NCBI GenBank assembly: GCA_001643675.2
Contig: LSRY02000012.1
Span: 1,798,001 to 1,862,000 of the forward strand
DNA: 64,000 nucleotides
Reading direction: 5' to 3'
Source of the DNA: Monocercomonoides exilis PA203
Taxonomy: Eukaryota > Protista > Preaxostyla
Of the stretch, positions 25,077 through 39,425 are shown piece by piece. Made by a program: the position numbers and the translations under genes. Each line of letters begins with the position of its first letter. Within the stretch, counting starts at the first letter, position 1. The notes below the pieces were generated by a model. That model had not been told where the DNA came from. It ran no database searches and saw only the letters and a list, made by a program, of their open reading frames with translations.

Positions 25077-27530
25077 TTAGCAATATCTTTAAACCTTTAT
25101 ATAATTTTCAAAACACTCAATCAAAAATGTTGCATCCAAAATGAATCTGTAATCAATTCGTTGAATCATAAATTTTGTGGTTTTAAAAAATTTACTGGAA
25201 GACATAGGCTTTATGAAAGGATTGACGAACAACAACTCTCCTTGAAACCATTCAGAAAAATAAAAAGTTTGATAATTCAAATTGAAATGTTTCAATAGAA
25301 TACAACATATTACCTTGAAATCCTTAAATTTATTGGTATATTTATTTTTAATAACTTTAAAATTTAATCAGTTTCATTGAAAGTTAAAAATAACTTAAAG
25401 ATTCTGAAAAGAAGAAAACAAAAGTAATTATCAAAAATTTCATAAAAGGATCACATTTTGGAACTTGTTCAGACAAAATCTGCTCTATGGTTTGTGTTTT
25501 GAAGAGATTTTACTGTATGATACTAATAGCGCTTTATTTCTTTTCTTGGAGGTATTTTTGGATCAGTAACTGGATTCTATGGCTCTTTGCAAATAGTTAC
25601 GTTGGGTTTCATTACCTCGACCATTGATAATTGAAGAAAGAAAGAAAGAAAAATAAAAAGAAAAAAAAATGAATATATGTGTTTCCTCTGAGGAAATCGC
25701 ATGAAAAAATGTTTTCTAAATTTGAGCCTTTCAAATTCTTTTTATTTAAAAATCCAATCATTCTGATTTATATTTCATCAATTGAACAAAGGAAAAAGAC
25801 AAATATAATTATAAACAGAAAACAAACAATTGCTTCAAGCGTTAAGCTCTCTTGAGCTGAAAAGCAGAGGATTTCAAACTTTTGACAATCCAGAACAAAT
25901 TGACGTGACTAACTCTCCAAAGTTCTATGCGGAATAATGCAATATGTTACGGATGGAAAAGACAATTATAAATTCCTCATTGAAATTATTCCATTTTGAA
26001 AGCAAAAGATCTTTTTTTTCATGCTACCTTGAAAAAGGAAATTATGAAGTTTGCGTTTTCAGGGGAAAAGCAAATGAAAACAAGTTTGAAGGAAGCAACA
26101 AAAGCATTGTTAGTATAGTGTGAAGAGAAAAGGAAAGTATTTTGATCCAATGAGATTTTATTTGAAGGAAAGTCAGTTTTCATGCATTAAAGATTTTTTA
26201 TTTTCTGAAGATTTTGTTTCATTTTTTCGGGCGATTGAACTTGGTAGATTGCCTTGTTAAATCAAGCTAAATCTTATGTCTTGCGTAGTTCATTTCTTTA
26301 TATCCATTTTTCTTCAAAGCCGTATTACTGGCAAATGGGAAGTTACTTGAAGAAATTTGAAACAAATTCGTTGAAGACGAAGTTCTAAGGAGAATTCATA
26401 AACTCGAAGAGTGAATAAATGAAGAAGAGAATTGTAAGATGGAAAGAGAAATGAGGAATGCGATATACAATGAATAGTGCAGAACAAAGAATGGATAAAG
26501 GATTAATAAAGATAGAAGAACGAGGAAGAAGATGACGTATGAAGAGAAATTCGAAGAAATGAAGCTACATAGAAGATTTAAATACGATTACGAGAAACGA
26601 AACATGCAAAAGTTTTTTTGAATGTATTGATAAGGATGACATATTTTCAACGGATTCTGTTATGAAAGGCATTCAAGACAATAAACATGTCAGGGAAAGC
26701 CACTTTTTTGTACAATTTATTCTTTGTTTTCGATCAGTTCACTTTCGTGGATGAACTTCAACAGCACGCTTCAAAAAAATGTTATCATCTCGTTGGAAAT
26801 CAAGAGTTGAATATTGTTATGAAAATAATATTTTAGCAATTGAACATGAAATTATAACACTTCAAAGTTGATATAAATGAATTATCAATAATTAAGTGAG
26901 ACTATTGTGACAATTATTTAACAAACAAGAATATTGAGCAAAAGTTGAAATAATGTTTTGCGCGTTCAATCAATTGATAAATCATCATTAAGAAGAAGAA
27001 GATGAAAACAGAAAATATCAAAAAAATTCTATTGAAAGCTTTTTGTTTCACGTTCTTCCATGAAGATTGTTTGTACGTCTTCTTGTTGTTGCACTTATCT
27101 TTTTCAATTTCTATTTTCATTTGAAGAAGTTTCATGTTGAACTTCCTCCAAAATATATCCACGTGAAATATCTTTCGGGGGGTTTTCAGAAAGTTTTCAG
27201 TTCATTGGGTATTCTTTTTTCTTTTTCACAAATACAATTATCAAAACGTAAATTTCAGATATGAATAAGTTTTTCAACAAAAAACAGAATAATAAAATGT
27301 GACGTTTTCAACATCAATAAATAATACTTAAACTTTTAAAGAATTCTTTTCATCAGATATCTTTTGTAAAGTTCAATGCTTGTTATTGTCACGAAATTTA
27401 TTTTTCTTACTCTGTTACCCTATTCCAAATTAACGTAAAAAAATAATAATTATTTAATAAAAACTGATATTTTAGCAAAGAAAGAATTCTGGATACAAAA
27501 GGATCATCAAACATCAATATAGTAATTTGA

Positions 27531-30500
27531 CTAAAACAGTAATTCAGGATAGACAACATTGAGAACGCGGTCGTGCTGGTATTCCTTTTTGTTTGGGACA
27601 GCGATGAATAAATTATTGCTGCAACGGCATCTGCTCATTGCAACATATAGTTGACCATGAGTGAAAACTGGGTTTGGAAGATATAACCCAACGTGATGAA
27701 AAGATTGCCCTTGCGCTTTGTTAATGGTCATTGCAAAAGAAACTCTAACAGGAAATTGAATTCTCTTTAGGGAAAACGGAAGAGTGTTATCTCTTGAAAT
27801 CATTAAAATTGGAGATAATATTATTTTTCTTCGTTTTGTGTAATCCGAAGACATTAATGATAATTCAATATAATTTTCACCTAACATTTCCACAATTAGT
27901 CTTATACCGTTGCACAAACCATTCGACATGTCCAGATTGCGCATCAAGATGACTATTGCCCCTTCCTTTAATTTCAGTTCATGTGGAGGAAGTCCAGAAG
28001 GAGTTAAATGGTTGATGAACTCAGTTGTAAAAGAAACTCTATCATGAATTGGATTATTAAATTCTGCTGAGTCAATGCTTGTGTAAGTTTTTGATTTAGA
28101 ATGAATCAAATTCAAAATTTCATCATTGATTTTGAAAGTATCTTCATTTTTCGTGCATAAAATACATCTTTCTAACAAATTATCGTGATTGCTAGAATTT
28201 AAGTTATCTTCACCAAATACCAAATGAATTAAATCGTCTTTATCAACTCTCCATTTGTGTATATTAACTTTCGAGTTGTGATCAGTTTCAGGAAAAGAAC
28301 CTTCTCCTATTTTTTTCAGGTATTCTGCAAATTCAACATTATCGCGCGCGCGCATATTAACTGCGAGTGAATGCGTAACAAATGACGGCCAAAGTTCGCT
28401 GCATTTGATGCATTGAGTAATCATTTCATTCTTGCTTCCTCCTTTGATAACGGGAGGAAGTTGGCGAAAATCTCCTCCCAGAATCATCATTACCCCACCA
28501 AACGGCAACGAATTTTCGTTCAAAATTTTCAATAAATTGTTGATTGCAGTTAATGCACATTTCGGTGCCATTGACGCCTCATCCCAAATGATGCATTTAA
28601 CTTTCCTTAATGACTGGGCTTCCTCAGAATGAATGTCCATGAGAGATATTTCATTGTGCTCATCAATGGGAACAGGAAGATGAAAAAAAGAGTGCACTGT
28701 TTTCCCTTTTGGCAACAAAGTTGCTGCGATCCCAGTCCATGCAACACATTGGCAAATGATATTTTTGCTACATAGATAGTGATATAATGTGACATATAAA
28801 AACGTTTTCCCACTTCCCCCAGGACCATCCAAAAAGCGACAATTTCGACCCATGAAAGGAGGGCGTTGACAAATATGCTCGACAATATCCTCAAAAATCT
28901 CTTTTTGTTTATCATTGAGTAGTTTCATATTTTGCTCAGCGATAAGATAATGTTCATCATTCGTCATTTTACATGCCTCAACATCGAAAATTCGTTCTGA
29001 AGGAGGTGGCAAATATTTTTTAAGTTGTTTATTTTCATTTTCAAAAATGTCCGCAATTTCATAATAAGCTTTGTTTACAGCAGCTTCTTCTTCTATATCA
29101 TCGCTCAAATAATCCTCTGCAATATTCAACTTGTATTTATTCCATAAATGGACTGGATCAGATACATTATTGAAAAGCAAGATATGAGAAAAAACTATTC
29201 TCAGTTGTTTCCCATTTGCATTTTTTGAAATTTCTTCCAAACATTGATCCCAGTTGAAACAATCAGTAAATAGTCCACGCGCAAGAGCAACCTCTTTGAA
29301 TGATTTATATTTTTCTTTATTGAAATATAACAAATCTTCAAACGAAGTGGGGCCTTTCACGTTAAGCAAAAGAATTCGAAGAAAATATCTTTCTTCATCT
29401 CTTTGGCTAACAGTGTACAAACGCGTAATGACGTTGACATTGCGGGATCGAAAAATCCAAGAATGCGAACGAAGATCAAATCGAAAATGAAGACCAATTT
29501 CTGGGTAGGTGAAATTCCTTGAATCTTGATTGTTTTCGACAACTGTTGATCCGAACATTTCCAAGCTTTTTTTATTCAGTTTGAAAAAAGCCGTTAATGT
29601 TGTTTCGCAATCTTTTGATGAGCACGAGGTATTATGTAATGTATTCGTTTCACTTAAAAGTCTAACTTTTTCTGGTAAATGCACAGCCAATCTGACAACA
29701 GTGTGAGACATTTTATGGAGAGGATATTCAACAAGTCTCCAATATGCTTCTGATGATCCAACGAACCTCAGGTTTATGTATTCCCTTATTTCATCTTTAA
29801 CTTGATAATCACAAATACTTCGTTTATTTGAAGGTTGTTCCGAATTTATTTGCCTAGTAATTGCTTCATTTAATGTTGATATATTTGTTCTCGTATCAAA
29901 ATCCACAGATTTTTCACATAAAATACACTCTGAACTTTTTTCAGCATTATCCGAAGAAATCAATGCTGTTGAAGCTTCAGATCCTTTGTGCGAATTGAAA
30001 ATATTTGGGCAACTTATTGACGTTTGCGACTTTTCACTTAAGTTTTGGCATTTGTCAAGTTTTGTGATTTTTTCCTTTAAATATTCAGGCTTTTTGTAAA
30101 TGTATTTGAACAGATAGTTCACAGCTCTCACTGAAGAACATATTTCTACGTTTATATGGGCATTAAATTTTTTCAATAAATAGGGATTATACGGAACAAT
30201 CCACTTGTTATTTATTGGTTTCTTGTGTATTTCACACGAAGTCAAATCTGTTCTTTTGTAGACAAACTTTCCATCTTTTCCTTTAAAAGTGCGATCACAA
30301 AATTGCTTTGGATATCCTTTTGAACAATTGCCATCAACCATGCAATGAGCAGATGGATGACTAGTGCCGCATGGTCCATGCACCATATGCAACATAACCA
30401 ATGATCGAATACCGTCATCATCTTCTCCTTTGCATATTGAAGGAATTTCTGCACAAACAAGTTGATCCACAACTTCTGCTGAACGAGGTTTGAAGCGATC

Positions 30501-32396
30501 TTTAAGAGTCAAAAGCATATGGCAATGTGGAAGTCCTTTTTTCTGAAATTCAACTTTGTAAACATATGCCTCAAGCTCACCAAATGGAACACCTCGTTTC
30601 AAATCTTTCATAAGCTCGTCCAACTTTTGTTTAAATACTCTAGAAATAAGATCTGGTCTGTCTGAAGCTCTTAAATGTGAATAATGAAGATTTTCTTGAA
30701 TTTCCTTCCACATTGGATTGCATGTGAAGGTCAAGAAAATGTCTGGCTTCCCAAACCTTGAAACAATACTCATTGCGTCCATATAACATTGTTGAAGCCA
30801 TCTTTGACTTCCAACAAAGGAGGAAGGCAATATTATTCTTGGTGAATAACAACTTGGACAGCAAATTGAAGAGGATTCAGTTGGAAATAAAGTTGAGGAT
30901 GATGATGAATTGTTCGAATCGAAGTCATTATCGTTGAGCGCATCAAAGGTCCTGTTGCAGCGGTATCCAAATAACTCCTGTTGATGACTCCGAAAGTAAA
31001 AAAGTCTTATTTCTTCAATTCGACAAAAAGAATCAACGATATATTGTTGAAATAATTTCCCAGCAAGATGCATAGGTGACCATGTTTCACGAAATGCAAT
31101 CATGTTGAGTGCATGAGCTCTTACATCAGAGCGAAATGGAATATTTTGTCTCAAAGGATTTTGGTGATAAGTAATTTCTTTCTCATTTGTTTCAAGATCA
31201 GAATCTTCGCTTGGCAATTCAATTTCTTTTCCGTTGACCTCATTTTCCTCCTTTGGGAATAAAATGATTCGATTAGTTTGATCCCTTTTTCTTTTATGAA
31301 TTTCTCCATTTGGAAAAAATAATGGATATAATAGAGGATCACAAAGTGGATTATCCATCGAAATAGAATACAGATGATCATCTTTTGCCTGAATAGACAA
31401 ATTCTGTGTAGGCAATTTTCCTTCTTTATTTGCAAATACTGCAGCAACTTTATTGGATTTGACTGCTGCATGATCACTTCCTAATTTGAAGCCATCAACA
31501 TCAAAAGCAAGAAACACTTTTTTGGGGTTATCTCCGTTTTTCATTGCGTTTATTAATTCTGATTCGTAAACTTCCTTCATCATTTTGTAACTTGTCGCGA
31601 ATGGATTAAATTGATGGAACCATGAAGATAGCTGATTTAGTACTTCGATGGAAATATCTTCATTTTGCTTTTCATTTTTAATAATTTGAACTGCCTTTGA
31701 ACTTTCATAAACATAGACTTGACCAAAGCGAGGATTTCTGTCTTCAAGAGGTATCATCGGAGCAATGTTCCTTTTGATCTTTCCTCTGATCACATAGTCA
31801 AAACCGTTTTCAAATAATGACGAAGGAGAAAAGGATCCGCAAGCGAATGCACAGTTGATCTGCCTTATGTTTTTGAAAAAATTTGAACTTTCTGCATGAG
31901 TGTGTTGAAATAGTTGAAATAAGAAATCTGGATACGAACTTCTTTCAAAAGTTTCTTCAAGATTTCCGTTGCAACAATCATTGAACATATTTTTCCCATA
32001 TCTTTTCCTTGGAACCTCCGAGTGGAAATGCAACGCTCCACATTTTGGACATTTGAAATTCATTTGCCCCAGATAAAATGTTTGAACATTTTTTAAGCTA
32101 TCTTTCTTGAGTTTTTTATCTTTTTGCTTAATTCTGATTTGCGTCAACAAGTCACATTCACAATATGAATCATCATCGAGTAATCTTTTTTTGCGAAGTT
32201 TTGAAGAAGGCGTATGTCCTTCTGACACTGAAGGAGTCAGGCTGTTGCTCATTGATGATTTTGAGTATCTTTTTTTCTTTTTGGCATCTTCGATCTCTTT
32301 TTCTGTATTTGTGTTAGAATTATCATCGTAATCGCTATATTCAAAAGAATCATCTTTAATAATCTGACTGAAATTGAAGTCTATTGTCATTCTCAA
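27531..32396 (-). mobile_element. Helitron Rep/helicase (RepHel) ORF, apparently intact; element termini not located
   Basis: N-terminal 'CPKCGA..CC' zinc motif. HUH Rep motifs 'FGKPDIFLTFTCNP', 'VEFQKKGLPHCHMLL', 'YLFKYIYK'. Pif1 helicase motifs 'LDGPGGSGKT', 'IIWDEASM', 'GGDFRQLPP', 'FAMTINKAQGQS', 'HGQLYVAMSR'. 1621 aa with no stops. Confidence 0.95.
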
Positions 32397-34027
32397 ATAA
32401 GAATATCATTGGAACAGACAGTCGAAATGTTTTTCTCGATTTCGTTGGAGGTCTTCCTCGTGTTTTTTTCCTCGGTCTTCCTCTCTGTTTGACTTTGCAT
32501 GAATTGATTTCCATTTAAAAGCACAGAAAGATTTTGTAAATCAACGGTCCGTGCATAATTTTCTTTTTAAATTATTATCATCTCAGAAACGCATTGGCAA
32601 AAGTATACGAAGCACGAACGTGAACGCTTCCACAACTCAAATGCAAATGTCAATGGTGCATTAAAAAATATAAATATAATATTAGATCGATTGAACTGAG
32701 ACATAAGGATTCACATTTCGAAAGATTGAATTGAAAAAGAAAAAATGATCAAAGTTGCGCTTGCTAACTTGATATTCATTTGAATAATGATATTGAGGAT
32801 AAAATTACTATCTATGTTTAAAAGAATTGTTGTAACAACAAAAGTGAAAATGGAAAGCATGTGGATGCTCTTCAACAAATAATGGAAAGGAAAAAGACGG
32901 GAAACATATGTTGTCGTTTGTTCCCGTGGAAGCTATCAATTTATTCCCTTGATAATTGAAAAAATTTCACAATTTTTTCGTTTTTTCTTTGTTTGTCAAT
33001 CACTTTCTTCGAAACAGTTAAGGTTTTGTCTAATGGTGAATTACAGAATGAGATTTTATTTCTCACATATTCATCTGTTTGAAGTCAAAATATTAGAATT
33101 TTAACAAGATATATATTTCTTTGAATATTGTTTTTGTTGAACTTTGCACATCGTTGACTACATCCACTGCTATTTTTTGAAGATAGCAAAGTGCTGAAAA
33201 ATAACAGTTTTTGTGACTGATTGACTTCGAACAAAAAAGTTTCATTTTTTAAAATTAAAAATGAAATTTCAAAAATCACATTGAAAAAGTTTTTTTAACA
33301 TATTGATAATGTCCAAATCAGATGAAGTTGGAATAAGCATGAATTTTTTTGAGGCAATTTTTATTGTTAAAAAGCAGATTAATCTTAATAATTTGCACAA
33401 ATTGGTTAAAAAAGGAAAAAAAGCAACAAGGTTTAAAAAAGAAAGGATGAAAGAAATGTGAAAGAAAAAAACAGAAAAGAACAACTGGAGAAATTGAAAA
33501 TAACATGAAGTGTGTATAAAAATTATCATTATCTTTTCTCAAAAACTTGAACAAGTCTCAACCAAAAAAAGGTTAAAATAGAGAAAAATAAATAGAATCT
33601 CAGGTTATTGGAAAAAAATTAAAAATTTTTGTATTTTTTTTCAATTGTTGAGAAAGAATATTTGTCTTTCGTTGCAACAAAATTGAACAGAAGTTCTTGG
33701 ATAATTATGGGAGAAAGTTTAACCTTGTTTGAATTGAGAATATTAAGAGTTGAGGAATATCACTTGTGAAATAAAGAGGAGAAAAACGAAAAAAGAAAAC
33801 AAAAATGATTTTCGTATGTATCTTAGAATTCCAGCTGATATTCATTTTATAACCTCGTTAATAATAGAAAAGGTTGTAATCATTGATAGTCTATTATAAA
33901 AGAAAATTCTCAGTGAGAATATAATTCAACATTCTGGTGTTAAATGATAGAAAACCTAGTATTTTGATATGACATTCCAGAAAGGATTATACCCCAGCAA
34001 GACAGAAGAGAAGAGCCAATAACTCCT

Positions 34028-36251
34028 TTGGATGTCCCCATTCGCTGTGGATATCAATCTGACTGTTCTTCACAATACTCACACATCAAACACCAGAGAT
34101 CATCTTCGATTGATTCGCTGACACTCAGTGTCACCAGTCCTAAGGATGTTGCCTGTGAAGATGAACATTTCGTGACTCCGTCACAAAAAGGTAGGCCTCG
34201 TCCGGAAAGACATTCTGGTTCCTGTTCTGTCCTTCTTGTGAAAAGGTCTCTCAATTGCTCTTCTTCCTTGTCTTCTTCATTTGCACAAGCTTCTCGGATA
34301 TTTCCTCCACTTCTCATGTCATCACTCGACGGTCAGAAAACTTTTTCTGAAGTTGCTTTTTCTTCTCTTTCATCAAGTGCGCCTTTCTTGACTCCTGTCA
34401 GAAATTCCACTTGGCCACTTCCATTTCCCTTGTCTGTCTCATCCCCTTCCTCTTCCATCATTCCGTCTTCTCTTCTTTTCACTTCAGCTTATCTGAACGA
34501 ATTCGAGCTTCGTATAAGAGACTACTACAAAACATATCTAACGCCTTTTGTGAAAGCAGACGCTGAATTGGATGTGCTGTCATTTGAAGTACTTGTTGAC
34601 TCAATCATTGCAATGGGCGAAAAATACGCAGAGCAGCTGCAAAACTGGCGCGATGGTGGATGCTCATGCGAAAGCAGTCTCAACCGCCGTTTGATTGAGA
34701 GTTACGAAGCAGACAGAAGTGGCAAAGAAAACTCATAGGAATATACTCCAGAAATTGAGGAGACTAACAGAAAAAGCGAGTTGACTGATGCAGATGTTCC
34801 GTCCGAAGAAGGTATGCTCAACATCACAAGCAAAGAGACAGACGGCTTGAACGAATATGAGCAAGCGGTTGTCTCATCCAACTCTATAGATTATGAAGAA
34901 TGTCAAATTATTGAGTCAGTTGTTCTACATCCAGGTTCTTCTGTCTCTCTTTGCTTTCTGTAGAAATGGGGCATTGCATAAGAAAGCTGAAAGCAATGCA
35001 ACAAATACAGAACTGTCAAAATGAGGAGAAACAGGAACAACTGGAAAAAGTGAAGAAAAAGCAGATGGTAAAAGAGTGTGTTTTCTGTTCGGTTGACGTT
35101 GCTGATTCTGTTTCACCGTTGTACATATCTTCTGCTGCAATAACTTGTGCAGCTGATAACGGAACATCTTCAGATGTTGCAAATTAAAATAACTCTTCCG
35201 AAGATGTTCCAACAAATGAAGAAATAAAAATCTCAAAAAACATTCTTTAAGATATCAATCAGTCAATCCAGGAAACTTCATCTCAACTGGATTAAAATAA
35301 TGCCACTTCAACAAAACTGGCGTCGCAGCCCTTTTTTCCTTCAATAATTATTCAATTGCCAATAACTCTTATTACGTATTAGCGCTTATATCAACTCATT
35401 ACTGCTTCCACATCTGTTCTCTCAGCACGCATTGGAATCTGCCACCGCATCTCCATCCGCAGCCTTCTCTTGGATTATTTCTTCTCCTGGACACGCAGCA
35501 ATGTCGATGTACTTGATGTGTCTGTTATCATTGAGCGTATTTCGGAGGTGACTTGTGAGCTTCGAGCAGATCTGCTCGATTTGTTAGAGCTTCTTCCATG
35601 GAACAACGAATGTTTGGTGTATTCCGAACGCAACGAGCTTTTGGAACTGGAAAAGGAAGACGAAGCATTTTTGATGGAGGTCGATAAGCCCCGCAATCAA
35701 ATATGCGAAGAGCAGAAAGTCTTGAAAATGAAAGTGATAATGATGAGTTGCTTGCTTAACGTGCACTGAGCACTCAAAAGTAGAAGGCTCTGCCTCAGAG
35801 AAAGCTGTTATCAGCTTCTTCACCTCAGATTTCACTTCAGCCAAGATTCTCGACTTTCCCTTCAGAATCTTTGACACCTCAATCTGTGAATATATTTCCT
35901 CCATGCATAACTCCAATTTCTTCATCTTTGTTTGTCAAGCCTGCATCAACCGTCCCAGAAGATTATGCATCAACCAGCTTTTCTCCTCGAACACTATCAC
36001 TTTCTCGCACATCATCTGTTCGTTCTGCCAATTCGCCTGTGCAAAGAACCAAAAGGGTGCCTCTTCCTCCGCTTGTGCATTCTCCAACACATCCTGATTT
36101 GATTTGCAAAGAATCGGATGAAAGAAGCAGAAGCGAAGGAAGCTTCAAAGCTGAGAAAATGAAGCACAAAAAAAGCCGAAGGCAAAATGAAGAAATGCTT
36201 CAAATACAAGAAATTATGGCAACTCATCGGTCTCCAATTTGCAATGGTTAG
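34028..36251 (+). pseudogene. Fragmented Ser-rich hypothetical gene (probable pseudogene)
   Basis: Coding-like composition broken into ORFs 34028-34738, 34781-34963 (same frame, separated by an in-frame TAG), 34951-35187, 35470-35769 and 35871-36251, without obvious AT-rich introns at several breaks. Confidence 0.55.
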
Positions 36252-38070
36252 TTAAATTTAATTTTTATAGGAGCTGAACAAATTATTTTGCATGGAAAAT
36301 ATTCTTTTTGAAATTTTGTTCATTTTCGTAGAATTCCATTCTTCATATTTTGTTTTATCGGTACTGAATTGTTTTATTGTTGACAATATTTTTGTTTTTG
36401 TTTAAAGAATTGTTTTTGTTATTTTTTTTAGTCAAAAAGGAGAACAAAAACAAATTTCATTATTAACACTTTATCGCTTATAAGAACAAGTTTGTATCAA
36501 AATTTTAACTAATCTTAACTTTATTGGCTTTCTGTTGTTTTTTTGGAATAAAGTTATGCATATCAATCCTAAATCAAAAAAGAAGAAACTTTTAATTTGT
36601 TTTTGATAACATTTTCAAAATAATTCTTTCTGCTTTGTCTTTTCGCTTTCGTTTTCTTTATCTTTCATCAACCATTTTGAATTGCTTAAAAAAGAGTTGA
36701 TGATTCCTGACAATTTCTTTCAACAATTGAGGCTATTTCTCCGATGTGATGAAACTTCCTTCAACTAAAATTTCCAATATTGTTAACAATCTCATTTATC
36801 AACGATTATCACTACACGAATTGCTTGCAGCGGATGGATAAAAAGCTTCTTCTTTTTGAATTTTATTGTTCTTGTTTCTGCGTTTTGAAGAGTGGGTTTT
36901 CAGGACGCTTCAAAGAATTGAATTTTTTGTTGTTTGCATTCTTTTTCAGATGTCAAAGTGAACTATTAATGATAAGGAAACTCTTTTAAGATAATTGTAC
37001 TCTTCCATTCATGTTCTGTTCGATTCATACTCATAGTGTTTCATTCTTCAATTCACTTTGAAATTTCACTTTCATAAATGGAAGAACATATAAGATCCTG
37101 AAAGTGAACTTTTGCTATCATTTTTATCTTCAATTCTTTTGCTCTGCCTGAAAATCCAGTTTCGATTGCAATCAAATTTCATTCCTTCGGTCTGCTCGCG
37201 TGTTTTCAAAAAATGTGTGTCATCGGCTGTATCTGTTCTGCTCTTTTTGATAAAACAGCAACTGAATTTTTAGAAAGAAGGTTTCCTTTTAAATTGCATC
37301 CTTGAAGTTTGAAATCGAAAAAAAATGACTTTTATGTTTCTTGTTTTCATCAGAGATGGGTTTCAATTTTTATCATTTTCCTCTTCAGACTTCCTTTCCT
37401 TTAAACGCCTATGGCTTTTATTACCGAAAGTGATTGATAAAATCGCTCAAAAGTGTCTGTTTATTTGTTGTTGTAATAACCATGAAAAGCAGTGCATTTT
37501 ATTGCTTCGTGATTGGAGTTGGCTTTCAAACAAATATTCACATAATACATTTCTTGATAAACTAACCTGAACAATTTATTGAAGCATACGGTCATGCTCT
37601 TCTGCAATTCGTCTTATTTTTTTCTTGGACGGTTAATGCTTTTGTTCATTTAATACTTTTTGGCCTTCAGTTTTTCAATTCATTTATCTTCAATGATGCT
37701 ATGAGTTATGCTGAGTGAAGCTTTAATAAATTCAAGTCAATAACATTGTTGAGAGTGGATATGCGAAATATCCATTTTTTCCGTTTGAATTTTTGTTGGT
37801 TTGATCAAAGAGGAAAATAAAAAAAGAGCATCATTCGCGTTCATTGCAACCTTTTCAATTTGTCCGATAAATAACGATGTTTGAATAATTGTAATATTAT
37901 TTGTTTGATGGACTTTAAAAAGTGTATTGAATGTATCTTGCAGAAAATTAAATGAATGCATTAATTCGTATTAAAACTGAAGGCGAAATTCAAGAGCTAT
38001 CCCTTACCACTAATTTTTCGAGTTTGTTCATTTTCACTGTTATTGGAAGGAAAGATTTTTCCAACTTCTT

Positions 38071-39425
38071 ATGATTTTCGAAGAATTGTTCTCTGATCTA
38101 GAACATAGTACTGAAGTTGAGCAGAAAGTTAAAATAGAAGAAATAATTGATACCATTCATTCTATGAATAGAGAAAATTTTTATTCAATTTTCAAAAGAG
38201 AAATGTTCAACAGAATGAATAAAATGATTGAAGAAAAGAAAATATCACTGGAAAATGCACTTTTTCTGTCAAAGTGTTTTGGACATTTCAAAAAAACAAA
38301 TGATATGCGGATTAATGAATTTCATGATTCTCTATTGAACGAAAAGTTTGAAAAGATGATTTTTGCGGAAGATAGCAAGAAAGAAGAAAAAAATGAAAAG
38401 ATTCTGGTCGACCTTTGCGAATGTTATATTATGCTTCATGATAGTGTGCACATTAACGAACAACTCCTTCCAATAATTTTACCTTGTCTTTTGAAGGCTT
38501 CATTGAATAAAGAGGAGAATAATGAAGCACAAAAAGAAGTGGAAACAGCATTGCTAGCTTTGAGTGAAGTTATCGGATATTTTGTATGGGGTTTTTGCTT
38601 TCTTTTTGAATATATATGTTATTTTATAATTTATTTATTTATTTATTGTAGAAAGTGGGTCAAGAGTTGTATTTAAATAAGACGATGGAAATCATCAAAT
38701 ATCATCAAAAGCATCGCAACCTAACCCAGCTTGCGTATCAATATGTTTGGCGGTTTTTGCTCAACAGAGTTGCAAATGATAGAACCTTGGAGGAATTTAT
38801 AACGAATGATCTTCATTTTGCGAAAGAAGCAGCTAGAGAATTGAATGATCTATTTAAATGCGTGGATTGGAAAAGTGAAAGAGAAGAAGTGAAAGAGAAG
38901 AGGAAAACAGAAGTGAAAGAGAAGTTTATTTTTGATAGATGGCTCGATACAGTATTATTGTTCTTTTTCGTATTCAAATTGTTGAATGAGGAAATTGTTG
39001 GACTGATTCATTGCCTGGTCACACTGTTCGTAGCAACAAGAGAGAATGAAAATAAAAGATTTCTGGAGTACATAAAGCTTTTTAAAGCAATGGTTCGCAA
39101 TACATCTGTTAGTTTTGATGTTTTGCTGAAAGAAGGTGTTTTTGATTTGATTTTGGAGAATATTCAGCAATCAACATTCGAAGACGATTTTGTATGCATT
39201 TGCTTGAGAATTTTTTTTACGATTTCAAAAAGATTGAAAGAAAATGCCAGTAATGAAAACGAAGAAACGAAACGAATAGAGATGAAAAGAAAGATATTTG
39301 AAAAGATAGAAGAAGAAGGATATGAAGATTATATCACAAGTTTTCATGAAACTTTTAGATTTTTAAACGGAAAGTGTTATCCTTATTTATCATTAATTTT
39401 TTCCGATTATTTTGTAAATGCTTAG
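38071..39425 (+). CDS. Two-exon alpha-helical Glu/Lys-rich hypothetical protein (probably a lineage-specific multigene family)
   Basis: ORFs 38071..38676 and 38655..39425 join in frame through a 68-nt GT..AG intron (38584-38651, phase 0). Confidence 0.75.

Noticed and set aside
25300-27500. Helitron 3' terminus or an additional transposase
   Set aside because: No convincing hairpin+CTRR and only stop-riddled frames without recognisable motifs.
34730-34970. TAA/TAG reassignment (non-standard code) explaining the in-frame stops
   Set aside because: Conserved genes here end at TAA/TAG exactly where their families end (cathepsin TAA, DPP III TAG, HECT TAA) and have no internal TAR codons, so these stops are more likely decay.
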